A DNA stretch of 64,000 nt from a virus. Lineage: Duplodnaviria; Caudoviricetes. The stretch covers positions 22,814 to 86,813 of the IMG/VR virus record IMGVR_UViG_3300032335_001059; one strand, written 5' to 3'. Of this stretch, positions 1 to 8,654 are shown one piece after another. Under the pieces are notes generated by a model, which saw nothing but the letters and a program-made list of their open reading frames with translations, was not told the DNA's origin and did not search any database. Position 1 is the first letter of the stretch, and the number at the start of each line of letters is the position of its first letter. A program made the translations under genes and the position numbers.

Positions 1-174
1 ATGAAAAACAAAGCAAACTTATTCTTCATCATAGCATTAATCAGCTCACTAACACTAATATTTGTTCAATATATTGACAATCTAGACAATCAAAGTCTAT
101 TGTTCTTCTCATTTAGTTTAATATTATGTGCAATAACTAGCATATTTTTATTCATTCGAGAAAATGACAAATAA
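1..174 (+). CDS. Small two-TM membrane protein (57 aa), possibly 5'-truncated by the window edge
   Basis: Hand translation MKNKANLFFIIALISSLTLIFVQY...FSLILCAITSIFLFIRENDK*; two hydrophobic stretches; below the ORF-track cutoff. Confidence 0.5.
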   Translation: MKNKANLFFIIALISSLTLIFVQYIDNLDNQSLLFFSFSLILCAITSIFLFIRENDK

Positions 175-179
175 CTCCT

Positions 180-875
180 AATCCTAAGCATGATGTAAAA
201 CTGCTTAATTAATGCACCACAACTCATGTGGATATAAAGACTTCTTAGTTTAGAGGAAACTGGGTTATTGCCTGTTAGTGTAACTCTTGTAAAATATCTA
301 AGATGTGAAACCACCTGATTATATAAATCTTGGTTTTGGAGTGATGTCCTAAAGGGTTAGAATCCCAATTACTCAGTATTAATCAGCTCCCAAGGATGAG
401 CAGTTGTAATAGAGACAACAAGTAGCATAAACAGGCAATAATGCGCTATTACAACTGAGTGCAGAATACTAATGCTAAATAGTATAAACTAGTTATACAT
501 AAAGTAATGTAAAGCCATTACAACACAATAAGATGTGTTCAGTTGTATAATGAATAACAACCTGCAAAGTCGTAAAACATTGACACGACTATAAATAATA
601 ATGTCAGATGTGAGTCTGAATGTGTTGTTCCCTTGAGAAAGGAATGTATTTGGAAAGAGTGCTAATAAACCACTACAACACAAATGAGTTCTCAGCAAGT
701 AGTTAACCAATAAACAGAAATGTTTAAATCTATATGGGTTTGGTGAAATCATATATTAACTACGTGACCCTACTCTTATATGTTCCAATAAGATTGAAGT
801 CTGATGGAAATCGTCAAACCGTAAAACGTAAAGATGGACTTAGAAAAGCTAAGTAAGAAAGAGAGTGCTAAACAA
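180..875 (+). ncRNA. Candidate large structured non-coding RNA
   Basis: About 740-nt gap with no credible ORF, packed with stems. Examples: taagca/tgctta, ccac/gtgg, aaacc/ggttt, cagttgtaatag(401-412)/ctattacaactg(446-457), gtataa/ttatac, gtaatg/cattac, aacaca/tgtgtt, agtcgt/acgact, tcaga/tctga, cttag/ctaag, actctt(772-777)/gagagt(861-866). Confidence 0.5.
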
Positions 876-917
876 AAATCAATTAAAGTCAATTAAAAAC
901 AATTAACAAACAAAACA

Positions 918-1385
918 ATGGAATTAAAATTAAATTCATGGTATGTATGGTTATGGAATTATACATACAACGAAAAGTTACCAAGTAACTTATGCCCTTT
1001 CTTTTGGAAATTAGTATTAGCAATAATATTATTTATACCAAATTTTATTTTACGTTTACCTTTAGTCATAGGAAGTATTTTTAATAAAAAAATTGAAAAA
1101 GAATCTAGTGCATTAGGTGTAATTATATGGCTTCTATTATGTGCTTTTACAATTACAACATATACTTTGTTTCATTTTTTTATGTATTTATTTGATGCTT
1201 ATAGTTATGATAGTGCAGCAGCTAGTTGTGGTGGTATAATTTTAGTATGTTTAGGAATAAGTATAATATATTATTATTTATGTGATAAATCTTATTATTT
1301 AGAAAATAGTTTAAAAAATAATATTATAATAAATTACAGTAAATCAGTTTATAGTAAATATTGTCCTAAAATTAATTGGAAATAG
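918..1385 (+). CDS. Hypothetical membrane protein
   Basis: 155-aa ORF with three hydrophobic segments and an A-rich initiation region. Confidence 0.75.
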   Translation: MELKLNSWYVWLWNYTYNEKLPSNLCPFFWKLVLAIILFIPNFILRLPLVIGSIFNKKIEKESSALGVIIWLLLCAFTITTYTLFHFFMYLFDAYSYDSAAASCGGIILVCLGISIIYYYLCDKSYYLENSLKNNIIINYSKSVYSKYCPKINWK

Positions 1386-1630
1386 TTATGAAAAAAGAAC
1401 TAAAAGATTTAGTAAAAGGTGATAAAGTTAGAGTAATTGCTGAAGCTAAATATAATAAAAATGCAGATTATAATCAATTTAAAATTGGTGATATTTATGT
1501 TCTTGAAGATTACTGTAATACTTATGTAAAAACTACTTGCGATAAAAGATTATCTATAGTTAATAGCAGTTCATATAATATTGAATGTGAACATTACGAT
1601 GAAATAGAAAATAATTATGAAATATACTGA
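1376..1630 (+). CDS. Hypothetical protein ending in ENNYEIY
   Basis: 84-aa ORF overlapping both neighbours; start may be at 1388. Confidence 0.7.
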   Translation: MEIVMKKELKDLVKGDKVRVIAEAKYNKNADYNQFKIGDIYVLEDYCNTYVKTTCDKRLSIVNSSSYNIECEHYDEIENNYEIY

Positions 1631-1886
1631 TTTAGACTTAAACGATGAAACTCAAGTAATAGCTTGGTTAAAAGAAAACTATCCTATAAAAACTAAAGTA
1701 ATTTCTCCTAGCACTGGTAAGCATACTTTTATTCACAACACGAGTGAATTTGAGAAATCTACTAGTTATGATAATTCTTATATAGTAAATGGTATATTTA
1801 TAATTTATCATAGTAAACTTACAGAAACTCTACCATTATGTGATTTAGAACCACAACACTTAGAAAACAATTACGAAATTTATTAA
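1617..1886 (+). CDS. Hypothetical protein ending in ENNYEIY
   Basis: 89-aa ORF with the same C-terminal heptapeptide as the upstream gene. Confidence 0.7.
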   Translation: MKYTDLDLNDETQVIAWLKENYPIKTKVISPSTGKHTFIHNTSEFEKSTSYDNSYIVNGIFIIYHSKLTETLPLCDLEPQHLENNYEIY

Positions 1887-1905
1887 CTATTTAAAATAAA
1901 AAAAC

Positions 1906-2328
1906 ATGACAACACTAGTAAAAACATCAGTATCTTCACAATTAGAAGAAGTTACTAAAAAATTAGAAAAATTACAAGCTATTCACGAATCTGTATATAA
2001 AACAGGTAGTAGTTTTGCACCAACAGGATTTAATGCTATTCAAAGTGAAACAAACATTGAAACCTTAATTAAGATAGCTTCAGCTCAAATAGGTAAAGAA
2101 AGAAGTTATGAAGAAGCTGCAAAAGAGTTAGGATTGAGTCAATATCCTGTTTACAAAGAAAAAGGTTATACTAAAGATGAAATCATTACTGATATTAAAC
2201 TTAGAATTGCAATTCTTACAACTGAAAACAAACGTAATGAGTTGTTAGAAATTAAACGTGGATTTGAAGAGTTAATGGATAAAGATGATAAATTAGCTTT
2301 ATTGAATCAAAGAATAGCTAATCTTTAA
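1906..2328 (+). CDS. Hypothetical helical/coiled-coil protein
   Basis: 140-aa ORF with host-like codon use, followed by a terminator. Confidence 0.8.
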   Translation: MTTLVKTSVSSQLEEVTKKLEKLQAIHESVYKTGSSFAPTGFNAIQSETNIETLIKIASAQIGKERSYEEAAKELGLSQYPVYKEKGYTKDEIITDIKLRIAILTTENKRNELLEIKRGFEELMDKDDKLALLNQRIANL

Positions 2329-2334
2329 ACTAAC

Positions 2335-2366
2335 AATAAAAGGAGAATTAATTTTCTCCTTTTATT
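2335..2366. terminator. Intrinsic terminator (symmetric)
   Basis: Perfect 13-bp inverted repeat aataaaaggagaa/ttctccttttatt with loop ttaatt. Confidence 0.8.
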
Positions 2367-2386
2367 ATTAAATTAATTAAAAAGAT

Positions 2387-2605
2387 ATGAAATACATTAT
2401 CGCAATTATTTACACTATAACATTAGTGGTATTTCCTTTATTTATCATACCTTTTTTGCAATGGTATAAGTTAACATTTTGTCAACCTGATACAGAATTA
2501 TATCCTTTTTATATGATAATAGCTTTTATCTCAATAGGAATGCTAATTATGACTATAATGAGATGGGTTGTAGCATTAGCAAATGATAAACATATAAATA
2601 GTTAA
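2387..2605 (+). CDS. Small membrane protein
   Basis: 72 aa with two hydrophobic helices. Confidence 0.7.
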   Translation: MKYIIAIIYTITLVVFPLFIIPFLQWYKLTFCQPDTELYPFYMIIAFISIGMLIMTIMRWVVALANDKHINS

Positions 2606-2607
2606 CT

Positions 2608-2985
2608 ATGAAAAACATACAATCAACACACGCAACATTTGAACAATCTAAATTGCTTAAAGAGAAAGGATTTAATATATCTTGTAAAGAAGGGTGGTAT
2701 GTAGCTCAATTAGACCCTTATAAAGGTCAATTATTTCCTGATGATACAGGAGGTAAACACGAAATAGAAAAACCAGAACAATGGCAAGTAGTTGAATGGT
2801 TAAGAGTTGAAAAGGGTATTTGGGTATGTGTAAATATAAACGGTTTAGATAAACTATTTACTTTTGATATTCATAACTACAAGCAAAAAGGTTGTTCGTT
2901 AGAGTCTATCCTCGATGGCGGGTTCATAACACCACAAGAAGCTTACTCAGCAGCATTTGATTACATTTTAAAAGAATTGATATGA
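2608..2985 (+). CDS. Hypothetical protein, paralog of 3799-4185
   Basis: Anchors FEQSKLLKEKGF / PEQWQVVEWLR / TPQEAYSAA. Confidence 0.75.
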   Translation: MKNIQSTHATFEQSKLLKEKGFNISCKEGWYVAQLDPYKGQLFPDDTGGKHEIEKPEQWQVVEWLRVEKGIWVCVNINGLDKLFTFDIHNYKQKGCSLESILDGGFITPQEAYSAAFDYILKELI

Positions 2986-3797
2986 AAAACATAAATTTGT
3001 TACCAACGGATAAACCAAGTAGGTTATGGTTGTATAAAAACTTTGATAATTTACTAACTGGATTAACAGTTGAAAAATCAAAAGATATTCATCCTCAACA
3101 CATCTACATCACTTCTGATGAAGAAATTAAAGAAGGGGATTGGGTTAAACTATTTGTGAAACACATAAATAAAGAATGGGTTCATAAAATAACCAAAGAA
3201 GATTTACTTTTATACTCTGATTTTAACAATGAAGGTTCTAAAATCACCCTAACAACAGACCAAAACTTAATCAAAGATGGTGTACAAGCTATTGATGATG
3301 AGTTTTTAGAATGGTTTGTTAAGAATCCAAGTTGTGAGAGTGTTGAGACTGATTTAGTTCCTGTAAATTATTTTGGTTCAGAAACTATAGTTAATAGTTA
3401 TGGGTTTTATAAATTTATTTACAAAATCATCATTCCACAAGAAGAACCTAAAAGAAAAATAGATACTTGTTATAATTTTAATATAGAAATTGGTTGTGTA
3501 CAAAATATTTGTAGATGTGAACAAGAAGAACCTAAACAAGAAACTATTGAAGAAGCCTTAAATTATCAACTTAATTTTATACACGATGTGGTTAGAAATA
3601 AAGATTTTGATTTAGGTTTTCAAACAGGTGGAATATTCGGTGCTAAATGGCAAGCAGAAAGAAGGTATAGTGAGGAAGAGGTTTATAAATTACTATTAAA
3701 ACATCAATCTGATTATAGAAGCTATGTAAGAAATTCATATCCGTTAACTTGGAGTTTTGATATTAAAGATTGGTTTGAAAAATATAAAAAGAAATAA
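2982..3797 (+). CDS. Modular hypothetical protein with an internal direct repeat
   Basis: 271 aa, ATGA-coupled; QEEPK occurs twice. Confidence 0.75.
   Translation: MKNINLLPTDKPSRLWLYKNFDNLLTGLTVEKSKDIHPQHIYITSDEEIKEGDWVKLFVKHINKEWVHKITKEDLLLYSDFNNEGSKITLTTDQNLIKDGVQAIDDEFLEWFVKNPSCESVETDLVPVNYFGSETIVNSYGFYKFIYKIIIPQEEPKRKIDTCYNFNIEIGCVQNICRCEQEEPKQETIEEALNYQLNFIHDVVRNKDFDLGFQTGGIFGAKWQAERRYSEEEVYKLLLKHQSDYRSYVRNSYPLTWSFDIKDWFEKYKKK
3437..3536 (+). repeat. 16-bp direct repeat acaagaagaacctaaa (3437-3452 and 3521-3536)
   Basis: Exact copies 84 bp apart, in frame. Confidence 0.9.
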
Positions 3798-3798
3798 T

Positions 3799-4185
3799 AT
3801 GGAAATAAAAAACGAGTTCATTCCATATGAACAAGCATTAGAGTTAAAACAACTTGGATTTGATGAACCTTGTTTGGCGCATTGGTATAATGAAACACCA
3901 ACAAACTCAGAAGGTCAGTGTCTTGTTTATTATAAAAAGCCTTGGGATAATCAAAAGATTATAAAAGGAGTTATCAGAGATTATTATTTTGCACCACTCT
4001 ACCAACAAGCATTTAGATGGTTTAGAGAGAAGTATGGTTACTTATCTAATATCCATGATTTTAATGGAAATTTTAAAGCTACTTTAAGTGGTAATTGTAA
4101 TTGGTTAGGAAGTTGGACAAAAACTTACGAAGAAGCAGAACTTGCTTGTTTAATTAAATTAATTGAAATAGTAAAAAATAAATGA
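3799..4185 (+). CDS. Hypothetical protein, paralog of 2608-2985
   Basis: Likely start ATG at 3799 (MEIKNEFIPYEQALELKQLGF); anchors PLYQQAFRWFR / TYEEAELAC. Confidence 0.75.
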   Translation: MEIKNEFIPYEQALELKQLGFDEPCLAHWYNETPTNSEGQCLVYYKKPWDNQKIIKGVIRDYYFAPLYQQAFRWFREKYGYLSNIHDFNGNFKATLSGNCNWLGSWTKTYEEAELACLIKLIEIVKNK

Positions 4186-4409
4186 AAGAAAAAAATCAAA
4201 AAAAAGTAGCTGGATTTATATGTATATTGTTTTTAGTAATAACAGTTATTATTGGTATAATAGCTGTTTCACCACAAATGTTAGGACTTAGATTTTATAC
4301 AATAGTTCAGTCAGTGTTATTATGGATTACAACTTTTGCATCATTAACAGTATGTTTTTTGTATGCAGAAGCTTGGTTTTCCTCTAATCATCATTATTTT
4401 GATGATTAA
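4182..4409 (+). CDS. Small membrane protein
   Basis: 75 aa, two TM-like segments, ATGA overlap. Confidence 0.7.
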   Translation: MKEKNQKKVAGFICILFLVITVIIGIIAVSPQMLGLRFYTIVQSVLLWITTFASLTVCFLYAEAWFSSNHHYFDD

Positions 4410-4414
4410 AAGAT

Positions 4415-4437
4415 AAACTAGGAGGACACTAGTTTTT
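4415..4437 (+). terminator. Intrinsic terminator
   Basis: aaactag/ctagttt stem with T tract after the stop of 4182-4409. Confidence 0.6.
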
Positions 4438-4517
4438 AATTTAAAATAAATAATAAAACAAAAAATCAAAAACTTAAAAAAAAGTGTTTGATTTGTCTAA
4501 TAATTTATAATTCACGG

Positions 4518-4549
4518 AAAAAGCATGGGTAGTCCACCATGCTTTTTTT
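4518..4549 (+). terminator. Intrinsic terminator
   Basis: aaaaagcatgg/ccatgcttttt 11-bp stem plus T tract. Confidence 0.7.
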
Positions 4550-4664
4550 AATTTTTACACACAAAACCTAAAAAAATATTGTTTTATTTCTATCAACTTA
4601 AAAGATACAATCTGGTATTTTAAATGAGTCAGATAAATAAACAATTAGATTAATTTCTAAAATT

Positions 4665-4835
4665 ATGACTGAAGAACAAAAAACAACAAACAAAATTGCA
4701 AAAGTTGCAAAACAAATGCGTAGCACACCGCAAGGAAAATCATTGAAAAATGAATTTATTCGTAGTATTTTAAATCATTCAAACAATCTGCCTCAATGGG
4801 GAGGATTAAATGTTAAACTTTATGAAAAAAATTAA
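4665..4835 (+). CDS. Small basic hypothetical protein (56 aa)
   Basis: Hand translation MTEEQKTTNKIAKVAKQMRS...; A-rich initiation region. Confidence 0.5.
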   Translation: MTEEQKTTNKIAKVAKQMRSTPQGKSLKNEFIRSILNHSNNLPQWGGLNVKLYEKN

Positions 4836-4968
4836 AATTTTTACCTTAAACATCAGTACATATGGTGTATTTCAAGCAATTAAATCTTATTTAATGCAAA
4901 AGTATGTAGTTTATACTGCTAAACTTGTAAGAAATACTGCATATTTTAAAATTGGTTACTCAATTTAA
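4822..4968 (+). CDS. Small hypothetical protein (48 aa)
   Basis: Hand translation MKKIKIFTLNISTYGVFQAIK...; overlaps the upstream ORF. Confidence 0.45.
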   Translation: MKKIKIFTLNISTYGVFQAIKSYLMQKYVVYTAKLVRNTAYFKIGYSI

Positions 4969-4983
4969 AACTAAATATACCTC

Positions 4984-5187
4984 TTGAAAAAGAGGTATAT
5001 TTTAATTAACTTTACAATGAAGGTTACAAGTCATCTATTTCTAATTCAAGCTTTTGGGCATGATATAGAAAAAATCAAAAATTGGTTACTTCAAAACAAT
5101 ATTGAAAAAATATATGTAAATGAAAACATTGAAGTAAACACACAAAATTATTTATCTAACTTTTTAACTTATAGTCATATAAAATGA
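4984..5187 (+). CDS. Hypothetical protein
   Basis: ORF track; ATGA-coupled to the next gene; start uncertain. Confidence 0.5.
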   Translation: MKKRYILINFTMKVTSHLFLIQAFGHDIEKIKNWLLQNNIEKIYVNENIEVNTQNYLSNFLTYSHIK

Positions 5188-5516
5188 ACAAACCACTAAG
5201 ATATTTACGTAATCCTGATGGAACGCCAATATTAGAAGACAATCAAAAACAATATACTGAACCTTTAACTTTAGGATTTAATCCAAACAAAGGACCTAAC
5301 AGAAGACAAAGAAGACAATATTTACAAAAAGCAATTAGAAATCCTTTATATGGAATTTCTACATATAGTAAATATATTCAATTAGTTCCTGAAACAATTA
5401 AAGATGAAGAAGGTATTGTTGTAAAACTAGGTAGAATTTTAAATAACATTAAAAGAAAATTTAGTTATACAGGTAAAATAAAAGTTATTGACCATTATCC
5501 ATATAAAACAAGATGA
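5184..5516 (+). CDS. Basic hypothetical protein (NRRQRR motif)
   Basis: 110-aa ORF. Confidence 0.7.
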   Translation: MNKPLRYLRNPDGTPILEDNQKQYTEPLTLGFNPNKGPNRRQRRQYLQKAIRNPLYGISTYSKYIQLVPETIKDEEGIVVKLGRILNNIKRKFSYTGKIKVIDHYPYKTR

Positions 5517-5740
5517 GTACTTTAACAAGAAAAAAGACAGTAAATGATTTAAAATCAGTATGGTATAACAAAAGTAAGACTGCTTCCATTACTGAATTAA
5601 AAATTATTTCTCCTTTAAATCAAACAGAAGTTTTTATGCCAGCACATAAAACTTTAAAATCAAAATTTAATCAAATCGTTTATCCAAAATTTGTTTTGAA
5701 AAAAATAAGTTTTATTAAACAAAAAACATTTAAATTCTAA
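5513..5740 (+). CDS. Basic hypothetical protein
   Basis: 75 aa, ATGA-coupled. Confidence 0.6.
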   Translation: MSTLTRKKTVNDLKSVWYNKSKTASITELKIISPLNQTEVFMPAHKTLKSKFNQIVYPKFVLKKISFIKQKTFKF

Positions 5741-5744
5741 AATT

Positions 5745-6089
5745 ATGAATTACGTACAAAGATTACAACAATCTAAAGATTCTAAAGATGCAAGCAAAGC
5801 TTTAATGAATGCTCGTGAAGCTCATTTACAATTAACTAAAGATGCTTTAGATGCTGAAAAACGCAATTTAGCTGCTGAAAGTAGAGTTGAAATGCTAAAA
5901 GGTCAATTTCCTATTGATACTCAAGCTATTCTTGAAGCACAATATGAAGCTGAAGCTGCTAGTAGAAACTTTTTAGACCTTATTGAATTAGGTGCTGAAT
6001 TGTTTCCAGAAAAAACAAAAACGTCTGTAAAAGAAGAAGCACCTGCTGCTCCTAAAAAAACAGTTAAAAGACGTACAACTAAAAGATAA
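5745..6089 (+). CDS. Coiled-coil protein with an Ala/Lys-rich basic tail
   Basis: 114 aa ending APAAPKKTVKRRTTKR; strongly biased codons (gct, gaa, aaa). Confidence 0.8.
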   Translation: MNYVQRLQQSKDSKDASKALMNAREAHLQLTKDALDAEKRNLAAESRVEMLKGQFPIDTQAILEAQYEAEAASRNFLDLIELGAELFPEKTKTSVKEEAPAAPKKTVKRRTTKR

Positions 6090-6096
6090 TTAATTT

Positions 6097-6145
6097 AAAA
6101 CTTTGTGTTTCATAGAAGATATATAGATTAGAAACACAAAGTTTT
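6097..6145 (+). terminator. Terminator-like inverted repeat
   Basis: Perfect 15-bp aaaactttgtgtttc/gaaacacaaagtttt with a 19-nt loop. Confidence 0.65.
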
Positions 6146-6197
6146 ATTTTATCTAAAAAAACTAATAACAATTAATAACAATTTAAAAATCAAAATT

Positions 6198-6632
6198 ATG
6201 AATTTAATTCAAGTCGTATCAGTTTCGGAAATTAAAACTGCAAAAAACAATCGTCCTTACAAAGTAGTAGTATTTAAGGAATTAGACAAAACTATCAAAT
6301 TAAATGGTAGAGAGGTTACTGTTAAATCTAATAACAATAACAGAACAAGAAATATCTGGGGTGAAGGTCATACAGAAGATGGTGTATTAATTAAAGCTGA
6401 TGCTTTGTTTAGCAACATTACTGTAAATGATATCGTTGAAGGTTCTTTTCATACCTTCCAAACAACTCCTTATGCTATTGGTGACAAACAAGTTACTCAA
6501 TATTCTTGTGTTGTATTTAGTAATGAAGATGCTGTAACTTACGCAAACCGTAATTTGAAGCAAAATGATGCAACTGTTTTAAACTCTGAAGCTGTTAGTT
6601 TAGCTCCAGCAGAAACAGAAAGAGCATTTTAA
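6198..6632 (+). CDS. Beta-rich protein, possibly OB-fold nucleic-acid binding
   Basis: 144 aa with alternating hydrophobic beta pattern; stands alone between terminators; function inferred only. Confidence 0.45.
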   Translation: MNLIQVVSVSEIKTAKNNRPYKVVVFKELDKTIKLNGREVTVKSNNNNRTRNIWGEGHTEDGVLIKADALFSNITVNDIVEGSFHTFQTTPYAIGDKQVTQYSCVVFSNEDAVTYANRNLKQNDATVLNSEAVSLAPAETERAF

Positions 6633-6634
6633 TT

Positions 6635-6662
6635 ATAAAAGGGGATTAATTTCCCCTTTTAT
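6635..6662. terminator. Intrinsic terminator
   Basis: ataaaagggga/tcccctttta stem with loop ttaatt (same loop as 2335-2366). Confidence 0.8.
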
Positions 6663-6698
6663 TTTTCTATTTTAAATAACCCTTAAATAAAAAATTAG

Positions 6699-7007
6699 AT
6701 GGAAGGCGTAGAAATACAAGCAAAAGATAGTGAAAATCAACTTCTTTGGAAAAAGAAAGATGGTAGCTTAGTAAATATTAGTACATTAAGTGATAGTGAA
6801 TTAATAGAAGCTAGAAAAATATCAAGTTCTTTAATGAATAAATATTACAATTTTAAAGAAAAAGCTCTTTATCAAGTAAAAAAATGTGCCGATATTTGCG
6901 ATTTACACACAGAATTGTTGGAACAATTAGATGAAGAACTAATTGTAAGAAAAAAAGTTTATGCTAAAAAAGCAGAATTGCTTATGAAAGCTGAACAAGA
7001 TATATAA
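6699..7007 (+). CDS. Hypothetical protein
   Basis: 102-aa ORF. Confidence 0.7.
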   Translation: MEGVEIQAKDSENQLLWKKKDGSLVNISTLSDSELIEARKISSSLMNKYYNFKEKALYQVKKCADICDLHTELLEQLDEELIVRKKVYAKKAELLMKAEQDI

Positions 7008-7125
7008 AATTTATCAGATACTCGAAAGAGTGGCAATTAGAGAACTCATTAAAAATGTGTTGGTTACGAGAAAACAGAATATCGCTCAAAATTGCTTCTG
7101 CTGATTTTAAATTAAATGAAAAGTT

Positions 7126-7983
7126 ATGAAAACAAAAGAAGTAATTAGAAAAGCTTTAGATATTAAAGAATCAGGTAGAAGTAGTGATTTTATAACACCT
7201 AGTTTTATTTATGAATGTGGTCTAAATTGTTCATACTGCTATGTTAAAAGACATAGAGCAAAATCTATTACAATTGCTAAAAACATAGGAGATTTACTTA
7301 CAGTAGTAAATACTCATGTTACATGGTTGCCTAAAAAAGAACCTAATCAAACGCATGATATTTATTATACGTATGACATAGGATGTAATAGCGATATAGG
7401 TTTACACAGAAAACAAATTAATTGGAAATATATTTTTGATTTTTTTAAAAATAACGATAAAGCTATGGCAACATTTGCTACTAAAGTTATTCCTTTAGAT
7501 TTTTTAAATTATAATCCTGAAAATAAAATAAGAATTAGATTTAGTTTAATGCCACAAAAATATTCTGATTTGTTAGAACCTAATACATCTAAAATAATTG
7601 ATAGAATTAAAGCTATTGATGCATTTATAGATTCAGGTTATGATGTTCATATTAATTTTTCTCCTGTAATTGTAACTGATAATTGGTTAGAAGAATACAA
7701 AGATTTATTTCAAATGGTTAATGATTATGTAGATTATAAAGATGTAGTTAAAAGTGAAGTTATATTTCTTACTCATAATAAAAATAAACATATTGATAAT
7801 TTAAATAACAATGTAAAAGGTGAAGATTTATTATGGAATCCTGAAATACAAGAAAATAAAACTTCTCAATATGGTGGTATAAATATACGTTACAAACATA
7901 ATCTAAAGTACCAATACATTGAAGAATTTAAAAAGATTCATAATGAAATAATTCCTTGGAATATAATAAGATATATATTTTAA
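7126..7983 (+). CDS. Radical SAM protein, spore photoproduct lyase (SPL)-like
   Basis: CGLNCSYCY (CxxxCxxC) preceded by SSDFITPSF; DIGCNSD, ATFATK, RIRFSL and VHINFSPVI match the SPL-family layout. Confidence 0.8.
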   Translation: MKTKEVIRKALDIKESGRSSDFITPSFIYECGLNCSYCYVKRHRAKSITIAKNIGDLLTVVNTHVTWLPKKEPNQTHDIYYTYDIGCNSDIGLHRKQINWKYIFDFFKNNDKAMATFATKVIPLDFLNYNPENKIRIRFSLMPQKYSDLLEPNTSKIIDRIKAIDAFIDSGYDVHINFSPVIVTDNWLEEYKDLFQMVNDYVDYKDVVKSEVIFLTHNKNKHIDNLNNNVKGEDLLWNPEIQENKTSQYGGINIRYKHNLKYQYIEEFKKIHNEIIPWNIIRYIF

Positions 7984-7989
7984 AACAAT

Positions 7990-8143
7990 AGTCAGGTGGC
8001 GGAATGGTAGACGCTGATAATGGGTTTCTTTAAGAAAAACGATGGATACCAACTAAGTAGTGTTTTATGCCTTCGGGTATTGGGTCTTAATAAAGAAAAT
8101 TTGAAAATGGTTTTTCGTACAGGTTCGAATCCTGTCCTCGACC
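7990..8143 (+). ncRNA. tRNA-like RNA 1 with a ~104-nt insert in place of the anticodon/variable arms
   Basis: Acceptor agtcagg/cct(c)gac; D-arm gcg-gaatggtaga-cgc; canonical T-arm acagg-ttcgaat-cctgt (8119-8135); no anticodon stem-loop. Confidence 0.65.
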
Positions 8144-8156
8144 GAACAATGTGAAT

Positions 8157-8180
8157 GAGAGGTATAGAAATATATCTCTC
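8157..8180 (+). terminator. GNRA hairpin / terminator after tRNA-like RNA 1
   Basis: gagaggtata-gaaa-tatatctctc followed by T-rich sequence. Confidence 0.55.
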
Positions 8181-8184
8181 TTCT

Positions 8185-8216
8185 ATTGTTTTTTAAATAA
8201 AAGGTTCGTATATTTG
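8185..8216 (+). promoter_or_regulatory. Bacteroidota primary-sigma promoter for the HNH gene
   Basis: TTG (8186-8188), 20-nt spacer, TATATTTG (8209-8216) matching TAnnTTTG, 21 nt before the ATG. Confidence 0.65.
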
Positions 8217-8237
8217 TGACTACAAAATTATAAATAT

Positions 8238-8654
8238 ATGAAAAGGTTTTTTGACAAAATAGAAAAAACAGAAACTTGTTGGATATGGACAGCAGGTTGT
8301 AGGGGTAAATCAGGATATGGAGCGTTCAAATTAGCTGGCAAAGTAATAGATGCTCATAGAATATCTTATGAATTACATAATGGCATTATTCCTAAAGGAA
8401 TGTATGTATGTCATACTTGCGATAATAGAAAATGTGTTAATCCTAATCATTTATTTTTAGGAACAGCAAAAGAAAATCATCAAGATGCTGTTAATAAAGG
8501 TAGAATTATATTTGGATGGAATACTGAAAAATTAAAAAAACATCCAAGTAGAGGTGCTTATTTAAGAGGATGTAGATGTGATGAATGTAAAGCTATTAAC
8601 AATATGATATCTAAAAGATATAGGGCAAGTTTAAAAGCAAAAAAACTGTCCTGA
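8238..8654 (+). CDS. Free-standing HNH endonuclease with a C-terminal Cys motif
   Basis: CWIWT...GYGAF...AHRISY...[16 protein letters not shown]; tail [17 protein letters not shown]. Confidence 0.9.
   Translation: MKRFFDKIEKTETCWIWTAGCRGKSGYGAFKLAGKVIDAHRISYELHNGIIPKGMYVCHTCDNRKCVNPNHLFLGTAKENHQDAVNKGRIIFGWNTEKLKKHPSRGAYLRGCRCDECKAINNMISKRYRASLKAKKLS

Noticed and set aside
90-752. Minus-strand ORFs 90-314 and 489-752
   Set aside because: No recognisable features, against the local gene direction, and overlapping a + strand ORF or the hairpin-dense region; treated as chance ORFs.
7018-7040. Resemblance of actcgaaagagtgg to the c-di-GMP-I riboswitch
   Set aside because: Only the GNRA hairpin matches; the flanking conserved elements and second stem are absent.
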